NCBI RefSeq assembly: GCF_001194135.2
Contig: NC_068990.1
Span: 55,832,843 to 55,896,842, forward strand
DNA: 64,000 bases
DNA from: Octopus bimaculoides
Lineage: Eukaryota
Direction: 5' to 3'
Shown here: piece by piece, positions 39,131 through 52,109 of the stretch
How positions within the stretch are numbered: position 1 is the stretch's first letter
How the letters are laid out: each line of letters begins with the position of its first letter
The notes under the pieces: generated by a model
Told to the model about the DNA's origin: nothing
The model's database searches: none
What the model saw: the letters and a program-made list of their open reading frames with translations, nothing else
Translations under genes and position numbers: made by a program

Positions 39131-40287
39131 AAAGGATAAGAATAAACACACATACTCGTCTGTCTAGTCATTTGCTCATGAAACACACGCAGGAAGTTAG
39201 AAGTAACCGACATCGTTGGTTCAAACACGTTTTTGATAAAAAAATATCGTGTTGTCTCAAATGTTTGTCTAAATATGGAAAAGAAAGATATATTAAAGAA
39301 AACGTTAGTTAAACCGGAAATAATTTTATCATTGACAACAAAATACAAAGATATATCGTCAATGAACAGAAATTCATTTGCAATCCTAGTTGAATATGAC
39401 AAGTAAAGCTTGGCCGGAAATTGCCCAACAGATGCGAGTTAAACAAAGTACTGAAGAATCTAACTGCTACTCGTGCTTATGTTAAAGCCTTTTGTTTCCT
39501 ATCTTATTACACTGGACAGAATATTATGCAGTCATACTTTTATAAAAGGAGACATGGCAGTGTATTTCTCTATGGGATACGTTAATATCATCGAAGTGTT
39601 TTTTTTTATGTAACATTATCAATGACTTAATAATGCAGACATTTGTATAAGCGCTTTTTTATGGTGAAGAGGATAGTTTTATTATTTTTTTTTTATTTCA
39701 TCTAATCTAACTTGAACGTCAAATATGCATTTGTATCAATTATTCTTTATTTCGTGACATCATTATTGATATGCTGCAGCGAACAACAATATCACTATGC
39801 ATTTGTTTTTTTTTCGTCTCCCTCTAAATACTAATTAACAACTATGTTTTCACCAAGCACTGCGGAGAGAGAAGACTCATGAATTGAAAATAAAACAAAA
39901 TAAATATTTCATATTGGAATAATCTTGGTATTTCACTGTCGGATTATTGTTAACTAAGAAATGAATGATAAAAGACAGAATTATCTAATATCGGAAGAAT
40001 GTACTACTTTCAAGTGATTCCTTAGTTTCGTAGTAAATTTGATTTGAAATAACCGACGGAGAAGATTTATTTTAGAATAATGATAAACCTTATTTAGTTG
40101 CTTCTGAAATGGGAAAATTTTGGAATTTAACCAGCTGATCTTCATTTAAGGGATATAACCCTAACTCAGCTTAATATATGAAACTAAGGTATTGTAGATT
40201 CACTTGAGGCATTCTTGTCTGTGTATATACACACTTAACAATGCTGACTTGGAAAACAATGGACTTTCAATATTTCAACTTAACCAA

Positions 40288-40490
40288 CGTAGCAAGCTGG
40301 CAGATTCGTTACCGCGCTGGAAAAAATACATAGCGTCATTTCTTCAGACTTTATGTTGTGAGTTAAAATTCCGCCAGAATCGATTTGGAATTGATAAAAT
40401 AAATAGCAGCTGAGCACTAAGGTCGATGTAATCGACTTGCACCTTCTCCCATAATTCCTGGCCTTGTGCCAAAATGTGAAACTAATATTT
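40288..40490 (+). mobile_element. Degenerate SINE family A
   Basis: gcaagctggcagattcgtta...tgagttaaaattccgcc...aggtcgatgtaatcgact. Confidence 0.65.
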
Positions 40491-40866
40491 CAACTTTACC
40501 AATTCCTAATGACTAAGCGAAAAATTCGAAATGTAAAGTAAACGGTAATCAGCAATAAAAGCTAAAAAACAAAAAAGAAAACCAAAAAAAAAAGCACAAA
40601 AAGCAGAAAGAAAAAAAAAAAAGAAAACTATAAAAAAAGAAAAACCTAAGAAAGAAACTGCTTTGATAGGAGACGAACAGTGTGGAGCAGATGGGTTGGC
40701 CACGATATTTGAACTATTTAAGAATCTTTTTAGAGTCGAGGAGCTTCTCAAGTCTTCATTTTTAGCTCTGCAGGAGACGATAATGATTGACTACAAAGCA
40801 TTATTATTAAAAGATAAATTTGAAATTGAGTAGGTTAAAGATATATCTTAATATATATAATGATAA

Positions 40867-41085
40867 ACGTGGCGAACTAGCAGAATTGTTAGTACGCCGG
40901 CCAAAATGCTTAGCGGCTTTTCGTCCGTGTTTACGTTCTGAGTTCAAATTCCGCAGAGGTCGACTTTTGCCTTTCATCCCTTTCGGAGTCGATAAAATAA
41001 GTACCTGTTGATCACTGAATGCGATGTAATCACTTAGCCCCTCCACGAAATAGCTGACCCTGCACCAAAATTTGAAACCAATATA
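40867..41085 (+). mobile_element. Full-length SINE family A
   Basis: gtggcgaactagcagaattgttagtacgccgg...gttctgagttcaaattccgc...gtcgataaaataagtacc...aaaatttgaaacca. Confidence 0.9.
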
Positions 41086-41449
41086 TATAATGATGCAAGC
41101 TTGTGTGTAAATATATAACCAAAAATAAAATAAATATTTTTTCAATAATATAAAAAGAATCTTTATAATTGCTACTATGTCGTAAACTTGAAATCGAGAT
41201 ATCAATTTACTTAATAATTATTTATAATTGGTTTAGATATATAGTTATTCACATTGATTTATGTATCAACACCTCGGCAATTTTGTGCAATATTTGTGTA
41301 CCATGTACCTCGGTTAAAGTAGATGTACCATAATGCGAACATTATTCATGTCCTTTGAATTGCCCTTGTCGCTTTCATATAGAGGCATGTCAAAATGCAT
41401 ATACTATGCACATGTACTGCTCCGGCTGTTTTCTTAAGCACTATCTAAA

Positions 41450-41471
41450 TATCTGTCTGTCTGTCTGATTG

Positions 41472-41542
<71 letters not shown>

Positions 41543-41581
41543 CTGTCTATATCTGTCTGTCTATCGATCTCTCTTTCTCTA

Positions 41582-41626
<45 letters not shown>

Positions 41627-41717
41627 GTCTGTCTGTCTGTCTGTCTGCCTGCCTGTCTGTCTGCCTGCCTGCCTGCCTGTCTGCCTGTCTGCCTGTCTGT
41701 CTGTCTATCTACCCTTG

Positions 41718-41779
<62 letters not shown>

Positions 41780-41805
41780 GATCGATCGATCTATCTATCT
41801 ATCTG
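41450..41805. repeat. Compound (TCTA)n/(TCTG)n/(CCTG)n tetranucleotide array
   Basis: Seen directly. Confidence 0.95.
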
Positions 41806-42147
41806 TTAATAGTTATTTTTCATTGCTCACCTGTGACTAACAGTGAATCTACAATACGAGAGAATGTATGTGTGTCATTACGAAACAACTGACATTTGCA
41901 TGGCATTTAATATAAGGGGCGGTTTTTAATGAAATTCAAAGAGACGTTCAATTGTTGTGAAGCTATGCCGCAACGGAAATCTCATGGTAGCTCTGTCAGC
42001 GATTGCATTGTTTTGTAATAGCAGATGTAGTCTTACTAGTTCCATACGTTAGCCTTACACTGTGCTAATTCCATGAATCTCATTTCGATTCGATGAAGTA
42101 TATAACGATGTTTTGACTGCATGCAAGAAACGGATACATACGCGTGC

Positions 42148-42264
<117 letters not shown>

Positions 42265-42599
42265 TACGCACGCGTACATGTACAGACGTGCACACGCGCG
42301 AACACATACTCATATGTGCGCGTCTGCCCGTTTTATGAAACCCATACCGACTCTCATGCATGCACACGTACACAGATACACACACGCGCACACGCACACA
42401 CACATACACACACAGGAACGCGCACACATATACATATATACATACATATACATAAACATATATACTTATATCCATGCATGCATATATATATGTATATATA
42501 CGTATCTGTATGCTTACCTATCAATCGATATTTAACTGTGTTTATAAATGTATGCATGTTTATGATTATATCATTATGATTGACCGTTGACTGGACACT

Positions 42600-42768
42600 A
42601 TTCAATTTTTTTTCTCCGTGTTTTTCTCCTTGTCTCCGTATTCTTTCTGTTGAAGAGCGTAGCTCGAAACGTCAAAGACTTTCCGTATTCCCGAGCGTCA
42701 TACTAATACATCCTTTTGTTATTTACACCACCTGTCCTCGCCTGTTGTTGTTTTTTTCGTATATTCTC

Positions 42769-42770
<2 letters not shown>
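42600..42770 (+). mobile_element. Penelope-like terminal-repeat relic (family H1) ending in (TA)n
   Basis: Collinear with 6170-6320. Confidence 0.6.
42642..42678 (+). ncRNA. Minimal type I hammerhead-like motif (best H1 copy)
   Basis: TCTTT-CTGTTGA-A-GAGC(GTA)GCTC-GAAA-C-GTC-AAAGA: 5-bp stem I, 4-bp stem II, palindromic ACGT stem III, GUC site; A6 replaced by U. Confidence 0.65.
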
Positions 42771-42815
<45 letters not shown>

Positions 42816-43127
42816 TAATATATATCGTCCCTAACAGTAATATATACTCACTGATGTATGTAATGATTACGGACATTTGCTTATATGATTATTCTTTCTT
42901 CCATTACAAACACTATCCTCTATCTTATATTAATTGATATCACTAGAAAAAGCAGATTGTGAATGAGAGGACCGATAGCGCACCGAACAAAATGCCTAAC
43001 ACTATTGGCTTACGTGCCTTTGTACTCTGAGTTCAAACCTATCGACTGGTTTGAACATTTTTTTACTGTAACCCATTCCATATAATGTGCCACAGTACTA
43101 GGTATATCTATTAATATGTATATCAAT

Positions 43128-43345
43128 AGAAGGTGGTGTGTTTGTAGACTCGTTAAAATGCCGGATAAAATGCTCACCGGCATTTCGTCATTCTTTACTT
43201 TCTGAGTTTCAAATCCGTTGAGGTCGATTTGCCTTCCATCCTTTCAAGATCGATAAAATACGTACCAGTTGAGCACTGGGGTCGATGTAATCGATCATAC
43301 CTCGTCCCACAAATTCCAGGCCTAATGCCAAAATTTGAAACCATT
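43128..43345 (+). mobile_element. Full-length SINE family A
   Basis: Head, central domain and aaaatttgaaacca tail present. Confidence 0.85.
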
Positions 43346-43379
43346 ATTACCTAAGGTTCTCTAAATATTCTTTTTACAA

Positions 43380-43579
43380 TAGGCACAAAGCTTGAAATTT
43401 TTCAATGAGTTAATTGATTTCAGCGACATCAGGACTCAATTGGTACTTATTTTATCGACCCCGAAAGGATGAAAGGCAAAGTCGAGTTCGGCGGAATTTG
43501 AACTCAGATCGTAAAGACGAGTGTAATGCCACTAAGCATTTTGGCCGTCATGTTAACAATTCTGCCAACTCGTCGCTTT
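43380..43579 (-). mobile_element. Near full-length SINE family A, inverted relative to the upstream copy
   Basis: ggtacttattttatcgaccccgaaaggatgaaaggcaaagtcgagttcggcggaatttgaactcag...ctgccaactcgtcgcttt. Confidence 0.9.
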
Positions 43580-44952
43580 CAAGGCTCTCTCTATATATAC
43601 AATGTAGTCTACAATCTTTTAGTATATTATCAACACATACCTTCTTATATGTTATGAAATTTACAAATATATTATACATATTATGAAATTTACATGCGTA
43701 CTTTCACTAAGTCTCTCTTTATAAACTACGTAACTGAGCAGACAACTGTATATTAATCAGTTAGTCTCATTTTAAATACTATATAGGCAACATATATTAT
43801 TTACTTAGGTGTTTTTTTTATACAGACAAATGTACATCTTGTGTTTATCATCATATCCTATATACTCTACAGACAGTTGAAAATTAAGTGTCTGTATAAT
43901 CAACATCTAGTTATTCACTATATACCATAAAGATACAATGGTATAATATTTATCTAGTTTTCCTACATATAGCATACAGCCAATAGACGTTATTTTTCTA
44001 GCTCCTCTCCCTTTGTATGCTATATAACTTATTTGTCTAGTCTCTATATATTTTATATAGTCTACATACAGCTCTTTATGAATGAAGTTTATATACACAT
44101 TTTTATCTAGCCCTAATTATAAGCTTTATAGTCTGCAGACAACTCTATATCAATTATCTTGCCTTTTTTTAAAAAGATATAGTTGTATATATACTTTTAT
44201 TCGTTTCAGCCATGCGGCTGCGGTCATGCTGGAGCAACACCGTGATGGGTAATAACCTTTATAACGTGTTTTCCAAAGCCCCTCTTTAGTTTTCGGCTGT
44301 CATATGCTATCATGCAGCAAGAATTCTCCATTTACTAGATATGCATGTGGAAATCTGTAGAATTCATACAAAAACGATTTTATGATACAAGAGGATGGAA
44401 GGAACAGGCTTTAATCCAACAGTGCTCTCAATGCCACTCACATGATATGCAGGTACACACACACAGCTATTGCTAGATCATATTTATAAAATATTTATAT
44501 AATAATATGTATACTATATAAAGCATTCAGCAATTAACGGCTGATGCAAATGCACAGAAACAATTGTTGTGATTTGTGATTAAAACATGTTCATTCCATC
44601 TCCTTGTATAATATATATATGTGTGTGTGCGTAAACATGTGCGAGTCATGCGGTGAACTAGAAAACGGCATGGAATGAACATTTTGTAAATAGAATTATA
44701 AGCTTTCAACGTATATTGACTATAGAAATTAGTCTAATATTAAGGACATATAAAAATCCATAACGGTGGGGGGNNNNNNNNNNGGGGGGGGAGGCATCGG
44801 TATGCGTGGGAAACGAACTTGCAGCTCTTATCTTCGCGATAAGTGCGTTGACATGGGAGTTTATATGCCCTGCTAATATTTAGACCATTTTCTATTGTCG
44901 ATATACGGTGAAAGCTTATAATTATACATATGCACAGCGAGAGCTTTATAAA

Positions 44953-45146
44953 TGTAAAGAGAGGCAAGATAAATAATATAAAGCTGTTTGTAGAGCATAT
45001 AGTATATAAAGAGAGAGTTATCTAAATAATGTAGTTATCTGCATATTATTTAATATACCGACAACTATATTATTTATATAGCTCTGTCTTTATATACTCT
45101 ATGCTCTACAAACAGCTTTATATTATTTATCTTGCCTCTGTTTATA
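44953..45146. repeat. 194-bp near-perfect palindrome (96-bp arms, 2-nt centre)
   Basis: Hand pairing: 86 of 96 Watson-Crick pairs, 3 G.T, 7 mismatches; 44960-44999 pairs perfectly with 45100-45139. Confidence 0.95.
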
Positions 45147-46355
45147 GACTTTGCAGTAAGCAAGCTATTTTCATAGTAGCTATATTACTGCATTAAACAT
45201 CAAATAGATATGTTTCGTTATTGATAAAGCAATCACTTATAGCTGTTATCTTCATTCTGTGTATGTTGTGTACTTATTCGAAGTAAAGCTTCTACAACTA
45301 ATACACAAACGGAGTTTAAGCATCGGCTGAATGATATGGAACATAATATGAATTCTAGCCAAAAATCGAAGTAAACAATTTAGGGTAATTCTTTGTTGAT
45401 GATTGTGAAAAAAAATAATTCTTCCTTTCCGTATGATTTAGAGTTGGAACGAAATCCGAGAGGAGAATTATTCATTTATTCATTTATATATACTTTTTTT
45501 TTTTGCTACTGTTGACTGAATATTTTAATACAGAATGCATTCAGAATGTATTCTCAAATCCTCATGATAGAAATAATACCTTTTAAATGCCGATTCGTTG
45601 GTTAAATTACCAAAAACAAAAAGACAAAACAAAACAAAAAAACCTCAACGAACAAAAAAACAAAACAAAAACAAAACTCTAACAATGATATAATGTTCTC
45701 TTGCTAATCAGTATATTGGAGGATACAATAAATTTATACTAGAATCGATTTGTTCATTATTTAAAGCGCTACATGGGAGATATTTTTGGAAAGAGTAACT
45801 CCTGACTATATTTCATTGATGTATTTACTACGATTTTTTCCCTTTCACAACGAATCTCTTTTTGTTCCAGTTGAAGTGACTCGCCAATAATTTTTCGTTA
45901 TCTTGTTTTAGAGGAATACAGTAGAATGTTTTATCTGTGTAATAGGTGCAACATAGAACTGGAGATTGTTTTACAGTTTAACTCATTCACTGCAGGCTCT
46001 TTTATCCAGGCTGTAGTTGATTTATTTAGGGTGGTATGTACAATAGATGCTTTTTCTGTTTCTTTTTCTTTTTTTTTCTTTTATGCTTTCTTTTGAAAAA
46101 ATTCGGGTAGAAGTTTTGATAAAGGCGAACCAGATTGTTTTATTTTTCCTAGTTGCTTCTCTAGCGAAGTATTCTTAATATGTGCAGCAGGTCTATCGAG
46201 AAAGAATATACTTTCCATTAGAGTGATATAATTAATTTCGTGGGAAAATAAATTGGGTGCCAGCAGTGATTTGTATTTGTATACTAATTTATGCGTTTAT
46301 ATATGTGTATGTGTATATTGGCTGGTGTGTATGTGCATGCTTCTATATATATGAA

Positions 46356-46475
<120 letters not shown>

Positions 46476-47154
46476 NNNNNNNNNNNNNNNNNNNNNNNNN
46501 NNNNNNNNNNNNNNNNNNNNNNNNNNNNNNNNNNNNNNNNNNNNNNNNNNNNNNNNNNNNNNNNNNNNNNNNNNNNNNNNNNNNNNNNNNNNNNNNNNNN
46601 NNNNNNNNNNNNNNNNNNNNNNNNNNNNNNNNNNNNNNNNNNNNNNNNNNNNNNNNNNNNNNNNNNNNNNNNNNNNNNNNNNNNNNNNNNNNNNNNNNNN
46701 NNNNNNNNNNNNNNNNNNNNNNNNNNNNNNNNNNNNNNNNNNNNNNNNNNNNNNNNNNNNNNNNNNNNNNNNNNNNNNNNNNNNNNNNNNNNNNNNNNNN
46801 NNNNNNNNNNNNNNNNNNNNNNNNNNNNNNNNNNNNNNNNNNNNNNNNNNNNNNNNNNNNNNNNNNNNNNNNNNNNNNNNNNNNNNNNNNNNNNNNNNNN
46901 NNNNNNNNNNNNNNNNNNNNNNNNNNNNNNNNNNNNNNNNNNNNNNNNNNNNNNNNNNNNNNNNNNNNNNNNNNNNNNNNNNNNNNNNNNNNNNNNNNNN
47001 NNNNNNNNNNNNNNNNNNNNNNNNNNNNNNNNNNNNNNNNNNNNNNNNNNNNNNNNNNNNNNNNNNNNNNNNNNNNNNNNNNNNNNNNNNNNNNNNNNNN
47101 NNNNNNNNNNNNNNNNNNNNNNNNNNNNNNNNNNNNNNNNNNNNNNNNNNNNNN

Positions 47155-47196
<42 letters not shown>

Positions 47197-48084
47197 TATA
47201 TGTATATGTACATGTGTATATATATATGTATATATTCATGCTTACATGTGTATATATATATGCATAAGTATGTATATATATTTCTCTGCATGTGCGTGCT
47301 TGTGTGTGCGTGTGGGTGTGGGTGTGTGTGCGTGTGTGGGTGTGAGTGTGCACGCTCCAGTGTGTGCGCGCTAGCGTTTTCTTTGAGACTTAATTACGTA
47401 CCTCATCATAGACTCACTAACAAAGTGACAAGACATATTTTTGTATAGCATTTAACTGAAAACCGCCCCTGGGACGTGTAAACATGAGAATTAATCTGTA
47501 CGCATAAGTAGGTATATATATGTAGCTATACTTGCACTCATATATTGAAAGTATCTGTAATTTTAGTAACAAGTCTTTGGTTACATTTTACATATGTATT
47601 TGTTATACATGCATATATGATCCAATGTGTGTGCTCGCGCGCGCTCACACACACACAAACACACACATACAGTATGTATGTATGCATGCACTGTATATAT
47701 ATATGTATATATTCATGAATGTGTTTGCGCATGCATGCATATATCTTATAGACATTGCTCCAAGCTTTAATGATAATAATAGTAAATTATTCAACACTTA
47801 GTTGTTATGGACTTACGTTCGTTCTTTAAGCTTTGCTTAGTTGCAGCAGTTATACCCCTTGTTTACGAGGATTGCAGGTTATTACACAAGAATTACAACC
47901 ATTCACGTGTTGTATATCCAACACCTACGGAAGCGAGTCCACAATGTATTATTGCTATTCCTTGCAGGAGCAATTTCTCTTCATGTTATATCACTAAAAT
48001 TTCCATATCCTTTTTTCCTCTATTTCTTATTATGGTTGTTGTTGGTCTTGATAGCGTTTATATAATTTTTAGCAAATCATGTGA

Positions 48085-48420
48085 AGGCGCATGGATCACT
48101 GGTTAGAGCGTTAGGCTCACACTCATGCGGCAGTGAGTTCAATTCCCGGACCAGGCTGTGTATGGTGGTATCGAGCAAGACATTTTATTTCACGTTCCTC
48201 CAGTTCACTCAGCAATAGAAACGAGTTGCAACGTCACTAATGCCAAGTTGTATCGGCTTTTGCTTTTCTCTTGGATAACATCGGTGGCATTGAGAGGAGA
48301 GGCTGGTATGCATGGGTGACTGCTGGTCTTCCATAAACAGCCTTGCCTGGACTTGTGCCTCGGAGGGTAACTTTTCAGGTGTAATCCCATGGTCATTTAT
48401 GACCGAAGCGGGGTGTCTTT
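48085..48420 (+). mobile_element. SINE with family C-like head and a different tail (family D)
   Basis: atggatcactggttagagcg A box, gagttcaattcc B box, gagcaagacattttatttcacgtt block; distinct tail gctggtatgcatgggtgactgctggtc. Confidence 0.75.
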
Positions 48421-48574
48421 ACCTTTACTAGTAAATCAGTATATATATANNNNNNNNNNNNNNNNNNNNNNNNNNNNNNNNNNNNNNNNNNNNNNNNNNN
48501 NNNNNNNNNNNNNNNNNNNNNNNNNNNNNNNNNNNNNNNNNNNNNNNNNNNNNNNNNNNNATATAGTATTAACT

Positions 48575-48830
48575 TCTATATATAGTATTAACTTCTTCCA
48601 CTTTCAACAAACAGTTTACCCGAAGTTGAGCATTGCCTTCAATTTTACAACGTCTATGGGCGCCTACAAGATTTGAAGTCTTGACAACGTAATTATCTCT
48701 ACAGACGGAACTATCTATCAAAAACTCTTAACGTTGTTAAGATAGGCTCCCATCATAGTTTGTCGATGAGGCATGACAGTGTTTTAAAACAGACATTCAT
48801 AGAAATCTATAGTCAACCACAATATCGTCT
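48575..48830 (+). mobile_element. Penelope-like 3' relic (family H2), second copy
   Basis: ttcaacaaaca...gaagttga...gccttcaattttacaac...aagatttgaagtc shared with 52305-52385. Confidence 0.55.
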
Positions 48831-49330
48831 TCAAGCGTGGACACATTAGGTAGTTGTCCAGAGCCCCTCGGATCTAGAGATCCAATTATGATCTATGTAT
48901 GCTGTGCCTTGCTGTCGAGAAATACTATAGGGTTCAGCGCCTTGATTTGCCCGGAGGTCTTTAGTACTGGTAAGACCTCGCTGATCAAGTACAACACTCA
49001 AATGAGGTTATGTCAGTCATTCTCTTTCACCGCCAATAATCCAGATATGTTGCCTTCGATTTGTTGATTAATTGATCTGCATGAAATATTCATGAATGAG
49101 TGAACCAAGGACAGAACTTGTACGAGGTCATGTGATTTGCTAGAAAGAGTAGTAAGATCTCACTCAAATTATACTGAACTCATTTTTTAAAAAAAATTAA
49201 CACATAAATACGTTTGTATTTATGCGCATATATACATATATATGCATACATACATATACACACTTATTCACTTATAAATTCATCCATATACATGCACACA
49301 CATACATACATACCGTATAAATACCCTTAT

Positions 49331-49385
<55 letters not shown>

Positions 49386-49794
49386 AACTATATGAAAATA
49401 TAAATAATTTTTATGCTTGAACTGACAATTTCTGTATACTGAAAGAAAACGTGTAAATAAATAAACAAGAAATCCGAAGCGCATTTAATATCATTTGTTG
49501 TTATATGAGTAAATATTAATATTTCAGCTTGGCATTTACCATGAGTTAAGCATTAGAATCACATGCGTTAACATGTGTTAATATAAGAGCGGAACTCATA
49601 GACACAGCTGATCGTTGGTTCAACCTAGTCAACTACTTGGGTTTGGTTCGTAGTTTACCATCGCTACAACGTTCCGCTATGCTGGTTGGTATGAAGTCAG
49701 ATAATTTTGGGGAGAATGGAAGTTGTAGCTTTTATGCGTTTCTTTAAGGCATTAGTGTTGTCTTGACGGATTCTACTTTTATTTCTATATCTTT

Positions 49795-50061
49795 TTATCT
49801 TTTACTTGTTTCAGTCATCAGACAGTGGCCATGCCAGTGGCCATGCCAGTGGCCATGCCAGTGGCCATGCCAGTGGCACGGCCTTAAATAATTTTTTAGC
49901 AATACTTAGTTTTTTGAAGTTCGGTACTTTTATTCCATCGGCTTGCCTTTTGCCGAATATGGCTACGTTATAGGATGTGAACAAACACTAATTTCTAAAC
50001 GGGAGAGAGGGCGTGCCCACCCACACACACACACTTTCTCTCACTCATACTCATATACACA

Positions 50062-50106
<45 letters not shown>

Positions 50107-50125
50107 TCATACTCATATACACACT

Positions 50126-50165
<40 letters not shown>

Positions 50166-50492
50166 TACACGCACACTTTCTTTGACTCACGCACATAAAA
50201 AAACACATGCACACTTTCTCTCACTCACACACGCTTTCTTATTTCTTTATTGCCCACAAGGGGCTAAACATAGAGGGGACAAACAAGGACAGACAAAGGG
50301 ATTAAGTCGATTAGATCGATGCCAGTGCGTAACTGGTACTTAATTTATCGGCCCCGAAAGGGTGAAAGGCAAAGTCGATCTCGGCGGAATTTGAACTCAG
50401 AATGTAGCAGCAGACGAAATACCGCTAAGCATTTCACCCGGCGTGTTAACGTTTCTGCCAGCTCACACACAATTTCTCTCATTCACGCACAT

Positions 50493-50568
<76 letters not shown>

Positions 50569-50628
50569 TCTCTCAGTCATACAGATAAACAAACACACAT
50601 ACTTACCCTCACTCACTCTCACACACAC

Positions 50629-50660
<32 letters not shown>

Positions 50661-50795
50661 GCGCGCTTCGACACAATTATTGTCGGCCCGAGGTTATAGT
50701 TGAAGATGCTTGCCTAAGGCGCTGGCCAGTGGGATTGAACACGTAACCACATGGATGTAATGCGAGCTTCTTAGCCACACAGCCATGCCTGCCTC
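49795..50795 (-). mobile_element. SINE family B with expanded internal microsatellite hosting a nested SINE A
   Basis: Tail 49795-49990 and head about 50670-50795 in the expected order, separated by (CA)/(CT) tracts and the family A copy. Confidence 0.7.
50238..50465 (-). mobile_element. Full-length, well preserved SINE family A
   Basis: tttctttattgcccacaaggggctaaaca...gaaaggcaaagtcgatctcggcggaatttgaactcag...ctgccagctc. Confidence 0.9.
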
Positions 50796-50952
50796 TATGC
50801 TATGCCTGTTCCTGAATTAGAAATATTTAATAAAAGAATAAAATATAAAAATAAATAAATGTTTGCAGCAGTTTCGGTTACATGTCGAATTTATCATAGC
50901 AAAACGAATGACTACTGAGTATCCAGACTTTTTCTATGATATTAATAGTATG

Positions 50953-51180
50953 AGAAGGCGGCGAGCTGGCAAAATCGTTAGCACACCAGACAAAATGTTG
51001 AACGGTATTTCGTCTGTCTTTATGTTCTGAGTTCAAATTCCGCCGAGGTCGACTTTGCCTTTCATCCTGTCGAGGCCTATAAATTAAGTACCAGTTGCGT
51101 ACTAGGGTCGATCTAATCGACTGGCCCCCTCCCCACAAAATTTTGGGCCTTGTGCCTAGAGTAGAAAAGAATATAAAATA
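50953..51180 (+). mobile_element. Full-length SINE family A
   Basis: gaaggcggcgagctggcaaaatcgttagcac...gtcgactttgcctttcatcc...gggccttgtgcctagagtagaaaaga. Confidence 0.9.
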
Positions 51181-51506
51181 GGTTAAAAACAAAGCGATGA
51201 TTTAACCTTTGGTTCTAATCTGTTCGAATGGCGTAGATGCTCGAGCAGAAAAGAAATGTATACGCATAACACTCTAGACACACACATATGCGTATATACA
51301 GACAGCACATACACGCACTCTCACTCATACACAACGACTCACTAATATACACACAGAAAAAACACTCTCCTAGGGTGTTGATCGAACATCGCTGTACGAG
51401 GTTGCAAAGTCAGCTTCGAAACTACACATTCATGCCTACCTCCTACCTCTCTGTCTCCCCATCTCCCTCACCAGTGTATATGTGTATAGAGCATACTAAC
51501 ATACAG

Positions 51507-51546
<40 letters not shown>

Positions 51547-51880
51547 GAAACATACATATATATATAATATATTTTTATATTATATATTATGCAGATACAA
51601 ATGTATATTTATATTTTATATATGCATACCTACCTACCTACCTACCTACCTACCTACCTACCTACCTACCGACCTACCTACCTACCTACCTACCTACCTA
51701 CCTACCTACCTACTTACCTACCTACCTAACTGTATATACATATATATATGTGTGTGCACGTATATACAAATGTACGCGCACATATATTTGTCCGAACATT
51801 CATCCATAGGAACATAATTACGTATACATGCATGCATACATATACACGGAATATATATATGTGTGTGTGTGTGTGCGCGC

Positions 51881-51925
<45 letters not shown>

Positions 51926-52109
51926 NNNNNNNNNNNNNNNNNNNNNNNNNNNNNNNNNNNNNNNNNNNNNNNNNNNNNNNNNNNNNNNNNNNNNNNNNNN
52001 NNNNNNNNNNNNNNNNNNNNNNNNNNNNNNNNNNNNNNNNNNNNNNNNNNNNNNNNNNNNNNNNNNNNNNNNNNNNATATATATACATATATATATATAC
52101 ATACATATA

